Shown here piece by piece: positions 41,801 through 57,347 of a stretch of 64,000 nucleotides of DNA. Origin of the DNA: Eledone cirrhosa (Eukaryota); assembly GCA_964016885.1 (NCBI GenBank), contig OZ024742.1:34844001-34908000 (forward strand), written 5' to 3'. The notes beneath the pieces are model-generated. The model saw only the letters and a list, made by a program, of their open reading frames with translations, was not told the origin of the DNA and did no database searches. The first letter of the stretch is position 1, and each line of letters opens with the position of its first letter. A program made the position numbers and the translations under genes.

Positions 41801-42410
41801 GATAAATAGGAGCATTAAGGTGTCCAACTAAATGCTTTACAATATGTACAGCCCGGTACGTTTTAGCTTTGAATCCCACCAATGTCATCCTTCTTTCTCA
41901 TCCTTAATGGGCCCACAATATAGTTGGTTGGTTGCTTTCCCATAATAGAATCGATGAAACCCCTTTTTTCCATTCCCCTGTATCTGGAATTCTCTGCTGA
42001 AGATAGAATTGGTATTTCAGTAACTCTGAATCTTTTTTGTGGCAACATCACAAAGTCAATGGTGATGATTTCTTCTAAGATAAAATACCAAGATAGATAT
42101 TTTTAGAAACAACCCCCCCCCCCCCCAGTCAACTCTAAGGTCAGCCAACGTTTCAAACCAACCCCAGCTCTTTGTTGCAATTTCTGGGAGTGGCTTTCAC
42201 CACAACATACTTCTCCTTATCCCCTCCCTTCTTCTTCTTCCCTCTCCTTCTCCCTCTCCTCACCCTCTCTCCCCCAACTTTTACCAGTCAAACCAAAACA
42301 TCAAAACTATTACTTCTGTTAGCCCACTAACAGAGAAAGAAGGACAAACACGGATACAGATATGAACTCTCCTTTCAAAATTTGTATGTAAAAATTAATA
42401 ACTTTTCTTC
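38841..42410 (+). mobile_element. Penelope-like retroelement (RT + GIY-YIG), degenerate, copy 1
   Basis: Frameshifted RT motifs FYGIPKIHK, LRPIIAGP, SFDVVNLYSNIP, YRQKSGTAMGT, RYLDD and LPFLD; GIY-YIG NLIYVLTYSGCREHYIGQ ends at 41633. Starts at a (TA)n tract; the 3' boundary is approximate. Confidence 0.92.
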
Positions 42411-42413
42411 TAC

Positions 42414-42598
42414 GGGGGATTGGCAGTATCGGTAGAATGTCGGACGCCATGCTTTGCAGCATAGAGTTACGCTCCTTTATGGTCTGAGTTCAAATCCCGC
42501 CGAGGTTAACTTTGCCTTTCATCCTTACGGGTTCGATAAAATAAAGCACCAGTAATGTACTGGGATAATTACTGGCCTTGTGCCAAAAGTAGAAACAA
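42414..42598 (+). mobile_element. tRNA-derived SINE, family A (also at ~51615-51799 and ~63116-63300)
   Basis: Full-length match to the family consensus. Confidence 0.85.
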
Positions 42599-43145
42599 TT
42601 ATTTGTATAAATATGGAACTTAAATATATTATGCATATCCGCAGTTGTCAATGCATATAATGCTGAAACCGGTACCATTATTAAATGCAGAAATTTCCTC
42701 TTTATAAATAAATATTATTTTGATATTACACTGAAAGAATCTCTTCAGCATTTTCTACTGAAAAAAATCTTTTTCCTTTGTACAATTTTATATATATATA
42801 TATCGACAGTCGATCGACTTTCGTCAAATCGGAACGAGGAAACAATGTTTCCAATGGTCTTTCCAATTGCTAACTCTTTCTATCGATCGCAACTCCAGGT
42901 AGGAGGAGCAACGTGAAATAAAGTGTCTTGCCCAAGCATCGTCCGGTTCGAGAATCGAACTCACAACATCTTGATTCAGAGTCCATTTCTCTAACCACTC
43001 AGTAACATGCCTTCACATATATATATTCCTTCCGGATACTGTACTGATTGTGTTGTTATTTCTGTTTAACTTTTGCATACACAAAAACAAGATGGCGTAG
43101 GACAGAACAAAGGAGAGGCACAAAAAACAAAGAAAAGAATCCCCA

Positions 43146-43188
43146 GTCACTGAAGAGGTCACAGAATGTGTGACGAAAGAACTTTGAC
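43146..43188 (+). ncRNA. Candidate minimal hammerhead ribozyme (copies at 52347-52389 and 63848-63890; relatives at 803-845 and 36373-36418)
   Basis: GTCA-CTGAAGA-G-GTCAC-AGAATGT-GTGAC-GAAA-GAAC-TT-TGAC. Confidence 0.55.
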
Positions 43189-43396
43189 AATATATAAACA
43201 ACCATCTGGTTGTGGAACCAACCAACCAACCGGAAATTTATAAATTCCTAAATTTATAAATTTATTATAATAAATTGAAGTGAAAGCTACTGGTGCGTGT
43301 GTTTCTTATTGGCAACATGACCCTCCCAAAGTATAACAATATCGGTTTCAACATACGTTTTCAGATAAAGAATCTTGCTAAACAAATTCAGAAACG

Positions 43397-43434
<38 letters not shown>

Positions 43435-43895
43435 TTTATATTTATATATATATATATATACATACTTATATTTAAGTAACAGCCGTACTAAGAGTGAGAA
43501 TGAAATTTCGTTTCATTTTTCCATTTATCGTTTTCGGTGCGCCCAGCCGACTAACTCACTCGATATGCAAATTAGGCTGCTCAGCCGTTAATATGCATAA
43601 GGAAAGTATATACTTTCAGACATTCAATCATCTTGCAGGAAGGTATACGATGCTGATGATAGCTAATAAGCTTGAAACTAGTACATCGTTCCTTTGTCAG
43701 TGTTGAACAAATGGGCAACGATGGTTGCTAAACACTGTACGGCTTAATTCGGGCTGTTTGTTTGTTTACAAACAAACCGAGCATTATAATAAATGTTCGG
43801 TAAAAACCATACGTACATATATATATGTGTGCATGTATGTATATATATACATACTACTGTACGTCTGTATACATATATGTATGTACGTATACATA

Positions 43896-44049
<154 letters not shown>

Positions 44050-44245
44050 TAGTAATAATAATAAATGTGAAGACTAAAATCCAAAGAGGGCTCGATAAGG
44101 ATAAATATATATCAAATATATAAGAACCCTAGAGCAAATATCAAATATATAAGAACCCTAGAGCAAATAATAATTAAAATAATAGATTAAAGTTTAAGCA
44201 AAGAATCGCTACTTTCACCCTTAACCGTTAAGGGTGAAAGCAGCG

Positions 44246-44290
<45 letters not shown>

Positions 44291-47149
44291 TTTATACTTA
44301 TATATGAGTTATATTCAATTATAAATATGAAAAGGTAGTATGAAGTGAGAGAAAAAGCTTAATGTAAATTATCATATGTATTACAGAGCCGAGATAGAAA
44401 ATATAAAACAATCAAATTTTAGCTTAATACATTTAATTGCTGACGATCGTTTCTTCCAGACAACTTTGGTATCATCGGAGCATACACAATGTTTAAACAA
44501 GTAATTATAATCCTAGTCTTCGGAACGTTCATAAAGATACATTACTATTGACAGTGTCAGTGACATCATATTGAAACGCAAGAGAGACAAAGGGTATTAT
44601 GTTATACAGATATCAAAGTATTAGGAGCTGTTGTGATGAGTAAAAATACTGAGCATATTATATAGAAAGTTATTCATTAAGGTAATTCAGATGCAAAAGA
44701 CACCAAGCAAAAAGGTGTTACAGAAGATAGATAAAGATATCATAGCATTGAAAATGTAATAGTAAGGGTATATGATGCAAAATATTAATAAAGACATGCA
44801 TGAGGTAAGAGTTAGAAAATGAATATATCAAGCATATTTCATACAGAATGTTAAAGAGTGTTAAAAATGGCATGCATTATGGTAAAGAAATATGTAATGA
44901 TAATATGAATAAATGTTGTGTAATGCAAATAATTGTTTCTACTTTAGGCACAAGGCCAGCAATTACCCAGTGCATTACTGGTACTTTATTTCATCGAAAT
45001 AATTGTTTCTACTTTAGGCACAAAGCCAGCAATTACCCAGTGCATTACTGGTACTTTATTTTATCGACCCCATAAGGATGAAAGGCAAAGTCAACCTCGG
45101 CGGGATTTGAACTCAGATCGTAAAGGGACGTAACTATGCTGGAAAGCATGGCGTCCGACCCTCTACCGATACTGCCAAAGTAAATATGATAGGTTAGTGT
45201 CATTCAAACATTTTTATACTAGAGTTCATGTAGAAATGTTTATGTTGGATGTAAAACAAAGGTTCGATACTTGGAATGTTTTTAATTCTAGTTATATTGT
45301 ATGTGAAATATGTATAGTTTAAAAATACGTGTGAAGTAAACATTAATTCCACCGTTTTTGTTGCCATGTCAATATAAGTAAAAGAAAGATATTATATAAT
45401 ACATTCCTCCCTTTAGATTCTCTATTAAGGAATATTTCACATTCCTGTGAGTTCTATTAAGAATTATTTCACGAAGTCTAATGGTAAAAATGTCGTTAAA
45501 TAGTTGTAACGTTATGAATTTAAAAATAAGGAAAAAGATATTCACAAGGGAAGTTAATAACAAAAGGGAGGTAATTAAGGAAGTATTACAAGTTTACAAT
45601 ATAAAACCAATCTTTATTATTAAAACCATTTATTAGTTAATAATAGCCATTAATGAATATCGTATGGTATCAAGATTTAGTTAGAATTAATCAGTTAATC
45701 AATTAATATAATTGTTTATTATATATTTATTTATTTATTTTATTAATATAAAATATTTTTTATTATTATAATTCTTAAAAACTTTTCCAAAGAATTATAA
45801 TCTATTAATATTTATCGATATAGATGGGGGTATTGTTTTATTATTATAATAAAATTATTGTTAATTATCTATTAAAAATTATCATTCATTAAATGCTGTT
45901 ATAAATTAATATTTATAAATTATAAATTATTATAAATTATTTATCAATTATATATAAAAATTATTTATTATTATTATTTATTCAAATTGTGTAAAGAGAG
46001 TTGAATTATTAATAACTAGAGAGGGATTTATATAATATATGGCAATACATCTCACCAGCACAACCACCCTACAAAGTGGACCACGGTTTTTGTTGTCATG
46101 TTACTAAGACGACCACCTTACAGAGTGGGATTGGTGCTTATTTGACGTGTCCCTAATACGGTGACCTTACAGGGTTGACTGGATGCTTATTTGTTGTCTC
46201 ACCAACACCTGGGTGCTTTTTGACTTGTCACCAGCACGACCATCATTCAGGGAGGGCTAGTTGCTTAATGGCTATATATATGCAGGTCTTTAAATGTATT
46301 TATAAACCAACGGGCATAAGACTGAATTTGTAAACCATTATATTTGGAGGTACAGCGGTGGTTATAAGGGTAGCATTGGCAGGGGAAAAGAAGGACTACA
46401 ATCCAAGCATAAAACAGTGACTGAGTTAAGATACTACTGAGTTAATCCTGCTAAACTGCTCAAACCAGCATAAAATACCAACCACTTCTAGGTTGTTGGC
46501 AATGAGAAAATACATAGAATTAATTGCTCCATTTTGACACAAAAATATCCAGTATGGAAAAATTGGTTTGTGACTATATCCCATAAATGTAGCTTTTCGT
46601 GTAATAGTAAACATTGGAATTGATTTATTGAGTGTGTGTGTTTGTGTTTGTGTCTGGTTGCGTGGGTGTGTTTGTGTTTGTTTGTGTGTGTATGTGGTGG
46701 GGGGGGGGGGGGGGGGGTCACTGAATATTATTTATGTTGGTAAAATAATGTGACCATGATCTATTGTCAGCAGATGTGACACTTATAAGGGTAAACATAT
46801 TGGCATGAAGATTCATGGTTTTCATTGTATGACTACTAAATATTAGTAAAGTCACGTTGTAAGGACATGAGTATAATTTTTGTTAGCGCGTTTTCTCCTT
46901 GAGCACGACATTTTATTTCATGCTGCTTCAGTCAACTCAGTTGGAAAAAATAATGATCTGTACCTATAATTCCAAGGGCATGCTTTATAATACGTTGTGT
47001 CACGCTGAATATCAGGAATATCGTACGATTTCATACGAATGAAACAGTTTTAGTCCTGTAGAAGCCTTTCTATATAAACCTCTGTCGTCACTCTGCTTAT
47101 TTATTGAGTACATTATTTACTCTAGTTAAAGATTCTAATCGGGATCAAC

Positions 47150-47197
<48 letters not shown>

Positions 47198-47607
47198 TAT
47201 ATATTTAAAAGAAAAGAGGTGTAACACACAAGTTATTATATATTGGTAAACGGAATAGAAAATGCTGACAAATTGTTCACAGTGAAAAATAGTTTAATTA
47301 GGAATAAGTGAGAATTAGTAATAGTATTGGTTAGTATTCAGTTTTGGTTTTAAGTTTTACCGGTTGCGCATTTCTAATGCTTTTCAAAAATAATTTTGAG
47401 ATAGAGCGTCCTTGATGTTTGCTCAGAGCAAACATCAAGGACTATGACTATATATAAACAACTATCTGGTTGTGGAACCAACCAACCAACCAGAAATTTA
47501 TAAGTTTGTAGATTTGTAAATTTATAAATTTATAAATATATAATAAATTGAAGTGAAAGCAACTGGTGCGTGTGTTTCTTATTGGCAACATGACCCTCCT
47601 AAAGTAT

Positions 47608-47658
<51 letters not shown>

Positions 47659-47976
47659 TTATACCATAAACATGCTTTTGTCTTTGCGTGTAATTGTTCT
47701 CATTGGTCCACATAACGATGTATTATCCCCGCTTTTTTCCGTTCATTGCCAAGGAACGTCTTCACGAACCAAAGTATCGTCTTCCTGTTTTCCTTCGGTT
47801 GCAACGTTTTTTTTTTTTAGTTTCAGAAGATCCCGTTAAGGGTGAAAGCACCGATTCTTTACTTAAACTTTAATCTGTTATTTAAAAAAATATTTGCTCT
47901 AGGGTTCTTATTTATTTGATATATATTTATCCTTATCGAGCCCTCTTTGGATTTTAATCTTCATATTTATTATTAT

Positions 47977-48029
<53 letters not shown>

Positions 48030-48038
48030 CATACATAC

Positions 48039-51000
48039 CTATGTGAAACGATCAAAACATACTTTACGAATAACACAAACCTAATTCAAACAAATGAGGA
48101 ACCATGTGGCACTGATGCACTAACAACATACAAAATAAAAAAACAAATAATACCACAATGGAACACATCACTCAGAGACAGAAAATTCCCCTTCTTGAAG
48201 ATGATCCAAAACAACAACAAAGCGGAGATTTATGAAAAATGGCTCAATTCATCCCCATTAATTCTTGCCCGCAAACTACAGATTAAACCCATCCCAGATG
48301 AACCCGAGACGCAAAGACAACTTAGGGAAAGAATGGCACTGGAACAAATGAAGACGGAAATTGAACTTCTAAAATTGAGAGGTCAAACAAATGAGGATAA
48401 AATAAAATCCATCGACGAAGAGATCAACCAAGAAATTAACAAAAAGACTCAAGGCCCAGCCTAGAAAAGATCTCTAAACTATTGGATTGCAGCAAGGAGG
48501 AACTGAAATCCCTTCAGTGCTGGGAAAAAAGCGACACTTGCTTCTTAAACTATGGAACAATCTTTCAAACAGAATACGCTTCCAACAACCCCTTCATAAA
48601 AACAAGAAAACCTAAACGCCACTCATACACTGTTCTACAACCAACCAAAAACACAACCTCCTCCCTTACCAAAAAAAGAAGGCAACACCTAATCCTTACC
48701 TCTTAACCCAACCGGGCAGCAACTAGGCGGACACCCCTGCAACTCACAAAGAAATAAGAAAACATCACCTCCAGGATGGACATTACAACCTCTCTCCCAC
48801 TAGGAGATACCAAGGAAACCTCCATTCTTACAACCCCCCAACCACCACACACAACAAACCCAAACTACTCGATATATTCATCAACGAAGGGCTCCTAAAA
48901 CACAACTACCACACATGATATCTAAGGACACACAACCACACACTAAATATAGGGACGCCTTAATCAACCCTCATCCACGAAACCCGAACCTTCAATAACA
49001 ACAGCATGGAACAACACAACACAGGAGACAACCCAACATCAACAACCATCACAATTACTTTAATCAACAAAAAAATAATGAGAAACCTAAAATCTCTGAC
49101 AACCCTTTACAGAGAAGGGCTTACCGACAAGGAATACAACTACATCACTGACTTCAAAAGCAAACCCAGCCTTTTCTACGGTATCTCTAAGATACACAAA
49201 AGCGAAACATAAGTAAGGCATGCAAGGAAGCCAGAGAAATATTCATCAATGTCCCCTCACCCAATGACCTTAAATTAAGACCTATAATAGCAGGTCCCGC
49301 TTGCGAAACCCACCGCCTCAGCAACTTCCTAGGTATCCCGTTAAAACCATTCCCGAAACACATTAAAAGCTACATAAGGGACGACCTTGATATGCTCAAC
49401 CACCTCCCCAAAACACTTAATAATGAACATACCCTACTAGTGTCTTTTGATGTAGTCAACCTTTATTCCAATATCCCACACAACCTAGGAATAGAGGCAA
49501 TCCAATTCTGGTTAGAAAATTACCCCCAATGCACTACCACACCGCACCATAAAATAATTCGTAATAGAAGGGCTCAAATTTATTTTGGAGAATAACTACA
49601 TCGAATTCGATACCAAATTCTACAGACAGAAATCTGGGACTGCCATGGGCACGAAAACGGCCAACCTCGTTATGGGATACATGGAAATCACCCTCTACCG
49701 AAAAGTACTAGAAAAATACGGAAACCCCTTCTACCTCTACATAGAAAAAACTGGAAGAGATATCTGGATGATTGTTTCATCGTCTGACATGAAAGTATAG
49801 AAAGACTTACTGAATTTAAAACACTTCTAAATGGACTCAACACAAACATTCAATTTACAATGGAATACAGCCATGAACAACTTCCTTTCCTCGACATCCT
49901 TATCAAGAAAACAACAACAAAATAGAAACAGACATATACTATAAACCCACAGAATCCAAACAGTATCTTCCTTTCAACTCATGCCACCCTAGACACACCA
50001 AAATGCGCATTCCCTACAACCTAGCCAAAAGGATCTGCACTATAGTACCTGATAAATACACATGCTACATACGTCGGGAAGAATTAAAGAACACACTTAT
50101 TAGCAGGAATTATACACCATCCCTAATCAACAATGGATTCCAACGTGCCCTAAAACTCAACATCCAGGAACTTAGACACGCCAAACCAAGAAATGATTCG
50201 TAACTGAAAACTATACCATACATCTCCACACACAACCCCCTTAACAATGAGGCATTCGACACCATACTCCAGAACATACATTTACTTTAAAGAGACCTAA
50301 GAATGAATCAAATCCTTCAAACGCACAACATCATAAAGTGCAAAAGACAACCCAAATCAAAAAAAAAAACATTCTTACACAGGCCAAAGTCCAGCCGACC
50401 CTTACAATGAACCCTACAGTTAAAAAATGTGGAAGACCTAACTGTGACATAGGTATCAATCTAATAGAGGGATCGGAGTTCTACTTCAAACAAGGACAAC
50501 ACTTTACAGTTAAATACAATTTCACATGTGCATCAGAAAACTTGATTTATGTGTTGACTTACTCAGGTTGTCGAGAACACTACATAGGACAGATTAAAAA
50601 CAGCCTCCGCCAACGTGTGGCCGTCCATAGATCCCAAATTAAAATACGGGAATACAGAAAGATAGCACTGAGTGAACACATCGCGACCTGCGCATCTAAT
50701 GAACAACCCAATTTCAGAATGTTTACCCTCTACAAATTTAAAGACAACGCTTCCTACATCCAGCGCATTAGCAAGGAATCACACTTTATCGCCAAATACG
50801 AACCCCTTCTAAATGCATCCACTTCGGACTAAACTAAAGCTGGCACACTTTAAAATTAACATCCTAGACAAATTAACCCTTTGGCAATGTATCCTTCTCC
50901 AAGATTCCAGCAACTTCTGACAACTATATAATGCAGGCCAAGCAGCCACATAGAAACACCCAAATCAGCTAGTCCTTGAGGACTTTCACGAGATAATCGG

Positions 51001-51611
51001 ATAAATAGGAGCATTAAGGTGTCCAACTAAATGCTTTACAATATGTACAGCCCGGTACGTTTTAGCTTTGAATCCCACCAATGTCATCCTTCTTTCTCAT
51101 CCTTAATGGGCCCACAATATAGTTGGTTGGTTGCTTTCCCATAATAGAATCGATGAAACCCCTTTTTTCCATTCCCCTGTATCTGGAATTCTCTGCTGAA
51201 GATAGAATTGGTATTTCAGTAACTCTGAATCTTTTTTGTGGCAACATCACAAAGTCAATGGTGATGATTTCTTCTAAGATAAAATACCAAGATAGATATT
51301 TTTAGAAACAATCCCCCCCCCCCCCCCAGTAAACTCTAAGGTCAGCCAACGTTTCAAACCAACCCCAGCTCTTTGTTGCAATTTCTGGGAGTGGCTTTCA
51401 CCACAACATACTTCTCCTTATCCCCTCCCTTCTTCTTCTTCCCTCTCCTTCTCCCTCTCCTCACCCTCTCTCCCCCAACTTTTACCAGTCAAACCAAAAC
51501 ATCAAAACTATTACTTCTGTTAGCCCACTAACAGAGAAAGAAGGACAAACACGGATACAGATATGAACTCTCCTTTCAAAATTTGTATGTAAAAATTAAT
51601 AACTTTTCTTC
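48039..51611 (+). mobile_element. Penelope-like retroelement, copy 2 (part of the tandem duplication)
   Basis: Near-identical to copy 1 at an offset of about 9.2 kb, with the same frameshifts. Confidence 0.92.
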
Positions 51612-52597
51612 TACGGGGGATTGGCAGTATCGGTAGAATGTCGGACGCCATGCTTTGCAGCATAGAGTTACGCTCCTTTATGGTCTGAGTTCAAATCCCG
51701 CCGAGGTTAACTTTGCCTTTCATCCTTACGGGTTCGATAAAATAAAGCACCAGTAATGTACTGGGATAATTACTGGCCTTGTGCCAAAAGTAGAAACAAT
51801 TATTTGTATAAATATGGAACTTAAATATATTATGCATATCCGCAGTTGTCAATGCATATAATGCTGAAACCGGTACCATTATTAAATGCAGAAATTTCCT
51901 CTTTATAAATAAATATTATTTTGATATTACACTGAAAGAATCTCTTCAGCATTTTCTACTGAAAAAAATCTTTTTCCTTTGTACAATTTTATATATATAT
52001 ATATCGACAGTCGATCGACTTTCGTCAAATCGGAACGAGGAAACAATGTTTCCAATGGTCTTTCCAATTGCTAACTCTTTCTATCGATCGCAACTCCAGG
52101 TAGGAGGAGCAACGTGAAATAAAGTGTCTTGCCCAAGCATCGTCCGGTTCGAGAATCGAACTCACAACATCTTGATTCAGAGTCCATTTCTCTAACCACT
52201 CAGTAACATGCCTTCACATATATATATTCCTTCCGGATACTGTACTGATTGTGTTGTTATTTCTGTTTAACTTTTGCATACACAAAAACAAGATGGCGTA
52301 GGACAGAACAAAGGAGAGGCACAAAAAACAAAGAAAAGAATCCCCAGTCACTGAAGAGGTCACAGAATGTGTGACGAAAGAACTTTGACAATATATAAAC
52401 AACCATCTGGTTGTGGAACCAACCAACCAACCGGAAATTTATAAATTCCTAAATTTATAAATTTATTATAATAAATTGAAGTGAAAGCTACTGGTGCGTG
52501 TGTTTCTTATTGGCAACATGACCCTCCCAAAGTATAACAATATCGGTTTCAACATACGTTTTCAGATAAAGAATCTTGCTAAACAAATTCAGAAACG

Positions 52598-52635
<38 letters not shown>

Positions 52636-53096
52636 TTATATTTATATATATATATATATACATACTTATATTTAAGTAACAGCCGTACTAAGAGTGAGAA
52701 ATGAAATTTCGTTTCATTTTTCCATTTATCGTTTTCGGTGCGCCCAGCCGACTAACTCACTCGATATGCAAATTAGGCTGCTCAGCCGTTAATATGCATA
52801 AGGAAAGTATATACTTTCAGACATTCAATCATCTTGCAGGAAGGTATACGATGCTGATGATAGCTAATAAGCTTGAAACTAGTACATCGTTCCTTTGTCA
52901 GTGTTGAACAAATGGGCAACGATGGTTGCTAAACACTGTACGGCTTAATTCGGGCTGTTTGTTTGTTTACAAACAAACCGAGCATTATAATAAATGTTCG
53001 GTAAAAACCATACGTACATATATATATGTGTGCATGTATGTATATATATACATACTACTGTACGTCTGTATACATATATGTATGTACGTATACATA

Positions 53097-53268
<172 letters not shown>

Positions 53269-53435
53269 TAGTAATAATAATAAATGTGAAGACTAAAATC
53301 CAAAGAGGGCTCGATAAGGATAAATATATATCAAATATATAAGAACCCTAGAGCAAATAATAATTAAAATAATAGATTAAAGTTTAAGCAAAGAATCGCT
53401 ACTTTCACCCTTAACCGTTAAGGGTGAAAGCAGCG

Positions 53436-53480
<45 letters not shown>

Positions 53481-55603
53481 TTTATACTTATATATGAGTT
53501 ATATTCAATTATAAATATGAAAAGGTAGTATGAAGTGAGAGAAAAAGCTTAATGTAAATTATCATATGTATTACAGAGCCGAGATAGAAAATATAAAACA
53601 ATCAAATTTTAGCTTAATACATTTAATTGCTGACGATCGTTTCTTCCAGACAACTTTGGTATCATCGGAGCATACACAATGTTTAAACAAGTAATTATAA
53701 TCCTAGTCTTCGGAACGTTCATAAAGATACATTACTATTGACAGTGTCAGTGACATCATATTGAAACGCAAGAGAGACAAAGGGTATTATGTTATACAGA
53801 TATCAAAGTATTAGGAGCTGTTGTGATGAGTAAAAATACTGAGCATATTATATAGAAAGTTATTCATTAAGGTAATTCAGATGCAAAAGACACCAAGCAA
53901 AAAGGTGTTACAGAAGATAGATAAAGATATCATAGCATTGAAAATGTAATAGTAAGGGTATATGATGCAAAATATTAATAAAGACATGCATGAGGTAAGA
54001 GTTAGAAAATGAATATATCAAGCATATTTCATACAGAATGTTAAAGAGTGTTAAAAATGGCATGCATTATGGTAAAGAAATATGTAATGATAATATGAAT
54101 AAATGTTGTGTAATGCAAATAATTGTTTCTACTTTAGGCACAAGGCCAGCAATTACCCAGTGCATTACTGGTACTTTATTTCATCGAAATAATTGTTTCT
54201 ACTTTAGGCACAAAGCCAGCAATTACCCAGTGCATTACTGGTACTTTATTTTATCGACCCCATAAGGATGAAAGGCAAAGTCAACCTCGGCGGGATTTGA
54301 ACTCAGATCGTAAAGGGACGTAACTATGCTGGAAAGCATGGCGTCCGACCCTCTACCGATACTGCCAAAGTAAATATGATAGGTTAGTGTCATTCAAACA
54401 TTTTTATACTAGAGTTCATGTAGAAATGTTTATGTTGGATGTAAAACAAAGGTTCGATACTTGGAATGTTTTTAATTCTAGTTATATTGTATGTGAAATA
54501 TGTATAGTTTAAAAATACGTGTGAAGTAAACATTAATTCCACCGTTTTTGTTGCCATGTCAATATAAGTAAAAGAAAGATATTATATAATACATTCCTCC
54601 CTTTAGATTCTCTATTAAGGAATATTTCACATTCCTGTGAGTTCTATTAAGAATTATTTCACGAAGTCTAATGGTAAAAATGTCGTTAAATAGTTGTAAC
54701 GTTATGAATTTAAAAATAAGGAAAAAGATATTCACAAGGGAAGTTAATAACAAAAGGGAGGTAATTAAGGAAGTATTACAAGTTTACAATATAAAACCAA
54801 TCTTTATTATTAAAACCATTTATTAGTTAATAATAGCCATTAATGAATATCGTATGGTATCAAGATTTAGTTAGAATTAATCAGTTAATCAATTAATATA
54901 ATTGTTTATTATATATTTATTTATTTATTTTATTAATATAAAATATTTTTTATTATTATAATTCTTAAAAACTTTTCCAAAGAATTATAATCTATTAATA
55001 TTTATCGATATAGATGGGGGTATTGTTTTATTATTATAATAAAATTATTGTTAATTATCTATTAAAAATTATCATTCATTAAATGCTGTTATAAATTAAT
55101 ATTTATAAATTATAAATTATTATAAATTATTTATCAATTATATATAAAAATTATTTATTATTATTATTTATTCAAATTGTGTAAAGAGAGTTGAATTATT
55201 AATAACTAGAGAGGGATTTATATAATATATGGCAATATATAATGGAGTAATTAGTGTTGTGGACACTGTTATCAGCTATCTAATTAGTGTTATATTACTT
55301 TAGTAGTAAGGATGGAGAGCATAGTAGGGTTCATAAATTGTTTATTTATTTGGTTATTAAGAAATATATGATCTGTATTAGATATGAGATATAAGAAAGA
55401 GTTTATTAACATATATATATGTTATAATGATAATTAAGAAAAAATGATATTAGATAGAATATAGGGTGGTAGGGTTTATTAACGTTTACGTAGCTATAGA
55501 ATATAGGGTGGTAGGGTTTATTAACGTTTACGTAGCTATATAATTACAAAAAACAAATGAATTAAACATAATGGTAGTAATATTGGAATAGATCCGACAT
55601 TGA

Positions 55604-55985
55604 TTAGCTATTTGGTTTGAAATAGTGGAAAGAATATCGGTGGTAATGTGGACACGTGGAGAACATTTCTGATTTTCTATTTAGTAGGTTGAGATTTGAA
55701 TAAATAATAGTGCGAGACTCAAGGAGACGAAGGTTACAGAATTTGTTAGGTGGTTTAGCTATCACTTCCCATTCTAGGGTATATGGTATATTACTTGTTT
55801 TTAATGAGTGTATGTAGGTAAATAATGAAGTAGCGTTACTAAGTCTATTACTAAACGGATGAAGGTGTGAGTTATATTTGGTCTTAAAGCTATTCGATGT
55901 TGAACCTATATAAATTTTCGAAATTTGATTAGTAGTGACAGTACAGGAGTAGATAGTGTATTTAATAAGGTTGTAATTGTAGACC
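55604..55985 (-). mobile_element. GIY-YIG remnant of the antisense Penelope-like element in duplication copy 3 (deleted in copy 2)
   Basis: Matches 34932-35310 at offset 20672. Confidence 0.8.
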
Positions 55986-56222
55986 TAATAGAACTTACCC
56001 ATTAAGGAATAATTATGGTTCTCTGCTCGCTGAGTTCAAATGCCGCAGATTCTTTCTCTTTGTCTCTTTCACACTACCATTCTCTCACACTCACTATCCT
56101 TCTCTGCTATATTCAGACCTGGAGAATTTCTGCCTGGTTTAAACATGCCCTAGAAACGCTGTATGTCAATACGGCACCCTACTACTCCCCCAGCAGTTAC
56201 GGGACCATGTGTATATATATAT

Positions 56223-56356
<134 letters not shown>

Positions 56357-57255
56357 TGTGTGTGTGTGTGCGTGTCACAAACGATGAGGTACTGAAGCGT
56401 GCAAAGACTCCCGACATTGGAACTATCCTCTCCTCTAAAGGAATAGACTCAGATGTGTTGGCATATCCGCATGGATGATTGTAAACCTGTAAAGAAACTT
56501 CATTTTGGTGAGCTTAAAGATGGTGCTCTCTCTTGAGGAATTAGGACGCGATCAAGGATATTTTGAGTAAAAGTAACATTCTTCACTGCTGGAGGCATTA
56601 TGTTGATGACCAACCATTATGACGGTGGATTGGCAGTATCAGTAGCGGGTCGGACGCCATGCTTTCCAGCATAGTTACGTCCCTTTACGATCTGAGTTCA
56701 AATTCCGCCGAGGTTGACTTTCATCCTTGCGGGGTCGATAAAATAAAGTACCAGTAATGCACTGGGTATTTGCTGGCCTTGTGCCTAAAGTAGAGACAAT
56801 TATGACGGAAGCTAATCCATGCTGTAAGCATTGATATTGAAAACCAAAGGAAGCAGGTCAACAAGAGAAAAGATGAGAAATGGCACAATAACAAGCCGGA
56901 TCAACTGATATAATGAACGAACTCTGTCATGCTAGTAATGTAAACTTTATTTTTTAATTAACTGGAAGGACTGCTTGGATGTTCGACTGAAACTCATCTT
57001 GTGAACTGTTCTTTTCCCGTATCGGGACTCAGGCAAGCATATATACATAATAATGTCACTGATGATGTCAAATATGTGTGACGAAAGAACTCTCTGAGAC
57101 TATATTTATATCTATATTTTTAACTGTTAGTCAATCAATGATAAACATTGATTACCAGCTGAATTAATTATAGAAATATAAAATATACTGAACCGAAACC
57201 AAACAGTGAGCGTATTTTACTATATACTTCTGGCATTATTATTACATGACCCTTC

Positions 57256-57347
<92 letters not shown>

